A DNA stretch of 64,000 nt. Source: Macrostomum lignano (lineage: Eukaryota). Shown piece by piece: positions 61,303 through 64,000 of the stretch. The translations under genes were made by a program, and so were the position numbers. The stretch covers positions 1 through 64,000 of the forward strand of contig NIVC01002583.1 of the NCBI GenBank assembly GCA_002269645.1, in the 5' to 3' direction. Under the pieces are notes generated by a model. That model ran no database searches. It saw nothing but the letters and a program-made list of their open reading frames with translations, and was not told where the DNA came from. Position 1 is the stretch's first letter; each line of letters begins with the position of its first letter.

Positions 61303-63894
61303 ATGGCTGTGAAGAAAATACGTCGCAGCAAAAGCGACCGCGCCGGCCTTGTGTTCCCCGTTGCCAAGGTGCGCCGCTTCCTGCGCGCCTACCGCGGCTT
61401 CAGCCGAATGCGCATCTCCGAGGGGCCAGCGTCTACGCCGCCGCCATCATGGAGTACCTGGCTGGTGAGTTTGTGGAGCTCATCCACTGCGATTGCTTGT
61501 CTCGAGGTTCGGAGCGCAGAATGCAACTGCAAAGCATTCGCCAAACACCAAATTGAAATTTCAGCCGAGCTGCTGGAACTCAGCGGCAACGCCTGCAAAG
61601 CGTTGAAAGCGAAACGACTGATCCCGCGACACCTCATGCTGGCCATTCAGAATGACGCCGAGTTGGAAAAGGTTGGGCAGTTTGATCTTGCATGCACAAT
61701 CAATACACCTGATTTCTATTGTTCAGGCATTGTTTTACATAGTTCCGCCTACATTCAAAATAGAACTGATTCATAAGGAACTTTAATATGACACATCTGT
61801 TATTAGCTACGCGTATCTCTGCATTACTTACAGTGGGAACAAAAATGAGTCATTATTATTTTCAAAGAGAGGAGAGAGGGGAGAAGGGAGAGAGGAGAGA
61901 GGGAAGAGGCTCTCTCCTCTACTCTCCTCTACTCTCCTCTACTCTCCTCTCCTCTCCTCTACTCTCCTCTCTTCTCCTCTCCTCTCTCTTCTCTCCTCTC
62001 CTCTACTCTCCTCTCCTCTGACCAAATTTTTCCTGTATCAACATCCGTATCCATAGCTAGTAAATTTTTCGTAACTTCTTGTAACTTTCTTGCCATGCTT
62101 GCAATGCACCAGCAGCCTGCAGAAATACTTGGCGAGAATATCAGAGATGGGGCATTGGGGACCTCTTGCTGCTGGCTGTCACAGCTGGAGGAATGCAGCA
62201 ATGAATTGCGTTCTGCAGAATGCATCCGTGGCGCTCGATGCCCATCAACTTGATTGCTTTTTGACTGTTTCCTCTCCTCTTCTGTCTCCCCTCTCTCCTC
62301 TCCTCTCTCCCCTCTCTCCTCGCCTCTCTCCTCTCTCTTCTCTCCCCTCTTTCCTCTCCTCGTTCTCTTCTTCTCTCTCTTCTCTCCTCTCTCCTCCCCT
62401 CTCTCTCCTCTCTCCTCTCTCTCTCCTTTTCTCCCCTCTCTCTCTCTCCTTTTATCTCCCCTCTTCTCTCCCTTCTCCCCTCTCTCCTCTCTTTAAAAAT
62501 AATGATGACGCATTTTTGTTCCCACTGTAAGTAATGCAGAGATACGCGTAACTAATGATAGATGTGCCATATTAAAATTCCTTCTGAATCAGTTCTATTT
62601 TGAGTTACTCATTCATGAAGTTGCGCGTATTAGCGTATCTGACACTCCCTCTCAAGTCCCGGGTTCGATTCCGCGGTAAATGATTTGTACACAGAATTGG
62701 TCACTTGCTCGCCTTCTCGCTGGCTGTGGGTGACCTCGCTTCGTAGCAGCATTAAAAGTGCCCCTAGCTTACTGAGCTAGAATGCAGACTGCACTCTTAT
62801 CAATAACTTGACCTTCAGCTGCTTCGCCACGTGACCATCCCGCAAGCCGGCGTGGTGCCCAACATCTGGGCGCCGCTTCTGCCGCAGAAGGCGGCGGCAC
62901 CTGCGAAATCGGCGGCCGCTTCTTCCAAGACGGCTGCGCTGAAAGTCGGCGCCAAGCGCTCTGGTGGCGCCACTACGGCGCGCAAAAGGGCGCCAGCCGC
63001 CGCCGCAGCTGCTGCTGTGACCGTAGCAGCGCCCGCCGCCGCTGCCGCGAAGCGCCGTCGCCCGGGCCCGGCTGCCGCCGCCGCTGCCACCACCGCCCCT
63101 GTCCGGGCCAAGGCCGCTCCGACACCACCAGCGGCCCGGCCCAAACTCAACGTAGCCATCCTGAGCGAGAAGCAGCTGCAGTCTGGCCAGAAGGTCAGGC
63201 TGTGCTCCGCCATTTTTGACTCCTAAAAATATCCCAATCTGATCTTAAATATCCCAATCTGATCCCAAATCTCCCATCTGATTCCTAATCTCCCAATCTG
63301 ATCCCAAGTCTCCCAATCTGATCCCAAATCTCCCAATCTGATCCCAAGTCTCCCAATCTGATCCCAAATCTCCCAATCTGATCTTAAATCTCCCAATCTG
63401 ATCCCAAATCTCCCAATCTGATCCCAAATCTCCCAATCTGATCCCAAATCTCCCAATCTGATCCCAAGCCTCCCAATCTGATTCTAAATCTCCCAAACTG
63501 ATCCCAAGCCTCCCAATCTGATTCTAAATCTCCCAAACTGATCCCAAGCCTCCCAATCTGATTCTAAATCTCCCAAACTGATCCCAAGCCTCCCAATCTG
63601 ATTCCAAGCCTCCCAATCTGATCCCAAGCCTCCCAATCGGATCCCAAATCTCCCAATCTGATCCCAAATCTCCTATATCCCAAATCCCCTATTTTGAAAT
63701 TCAAATCTGAACTGAAACAAAAGCACGTCTCGCTGTCTTCTCTCTCCCCGCAGCTGACTGTGCTGAAGGGCGACATCACGACAGTGCAGGCTGACGCCAT
63801 CGTCCACCCGACCAGCTCCGGCTACCCGACGGGCGGCCAAGTTGGCAATGCGATTGTTCGCCGTGGCGGCGCCGCCATGAAGCAGTCAATTCAG
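61303..63894 (+). CDS. macroH2A: macroH2A histone variant, 5' part (exons 61303-61464, 61565-61671, 62819-63193, 63754-63894; continues beyond window); 1-nt frameshift at 61422-61425
   Basis: H2A fold RAGLVFPV...[ASVYAAAIMEYLA]AELLELSGNAC...RLIPRHLMLAIQNDAELEK|LLRHVTIPQAGVVPNI, an Ala/Lys-rich linker, then macrodomain start GQK|LTVLKGDITTVQADAIVHPTSSGYPTGGQVGNAI. Canonical splice sites. One extra G in the GGGG run restores the frame. Confidence 0.9.
61755..62604. mobile_element. MITE with ~120-bp TIRs in macroH2A intron 2, with internal GA/CT microsatellites
   Basis: TCAAAATAGAACTGATTCA...CAGTGGGAACAAAAATG vs CATTTTGTTCCCACTG...TGAATCAGTTCTATTTTGA inverted arms. Confidence 0.8.
62620..62760 (+). 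mobile_element. Degenerate tRNA-derived SINE head
   Basis: B-box CCCGGGTTCGATTCCGCGG at ~62657-62675; no full cloverleaf can be folded. Confidence 0.4.
63228..63680. repeat. 20-bp minisatellite (ATCCCAAATCTCCCAATCTG) in macroH2A intron 3
   Basis: Direct reading. Confidence 0.96.
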
Positions 63895-64000
63895 GTTGGG
63901 AATTCGAGTCAGAATTGCGCTCATCCCGTCAGCTCAGAATCGCCATCTTATCAGCTCGGAGTCCTCATCCCATCAGCTCAGAATCTCCGTCTTATCAGCT

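Noticed and set aside
62640-62680. Possible tRNA gene
   Set aside because: Only a B-box/T-arm is present, with no acceptor stem or D-arm pairing, so it was treated as a SINE relic.

Overview
This is a eukaryotic (metazoan) genomic window, not prokaryotic. It has GC-rich spliced exons with GT-AG introns set in AT-rich DNA full of minisatellites and transposon relics. The overall style resembles a free-living flatworm such as Macrostomum, which is an inference only. Host genes: a 2-exon adenylate kinase (-), an intronless HR96/NR1J-type nuclear receptor (-), an intronless PP1 inhibitor-2-like gene (+), a divergent macroH2A (+, runs off the window) and a 4-exon PAN/apple + fibrinogen-related gene (-). 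There is also a cluster of three genes plus one fragment encoding secreted PAN/apple-repeat + LamG/ConA-like proteins. Two of the three carry single frame breaks. These paralogs are exon mosaics: the central exon is nearly identical between copies while flanking introns and terminal exons are divergent. Mobile DNA: three nested or tandem non-autonomous Helitron-like elements forming a ~4-kb palindrome, a PHD-FLYWCH-MULE relic with TIRs and TSD, LINE fragments, an LTR flanked by a PPT and a duplicated tRNA-Leu PBS, tRNA-type SINEs, several MITEs, and a foldback-like element inserted into a SINE. Most long ORFs in the supplied track are artefacts of tandem repeats. All alignments and translations were done by eye; no database searches were run.
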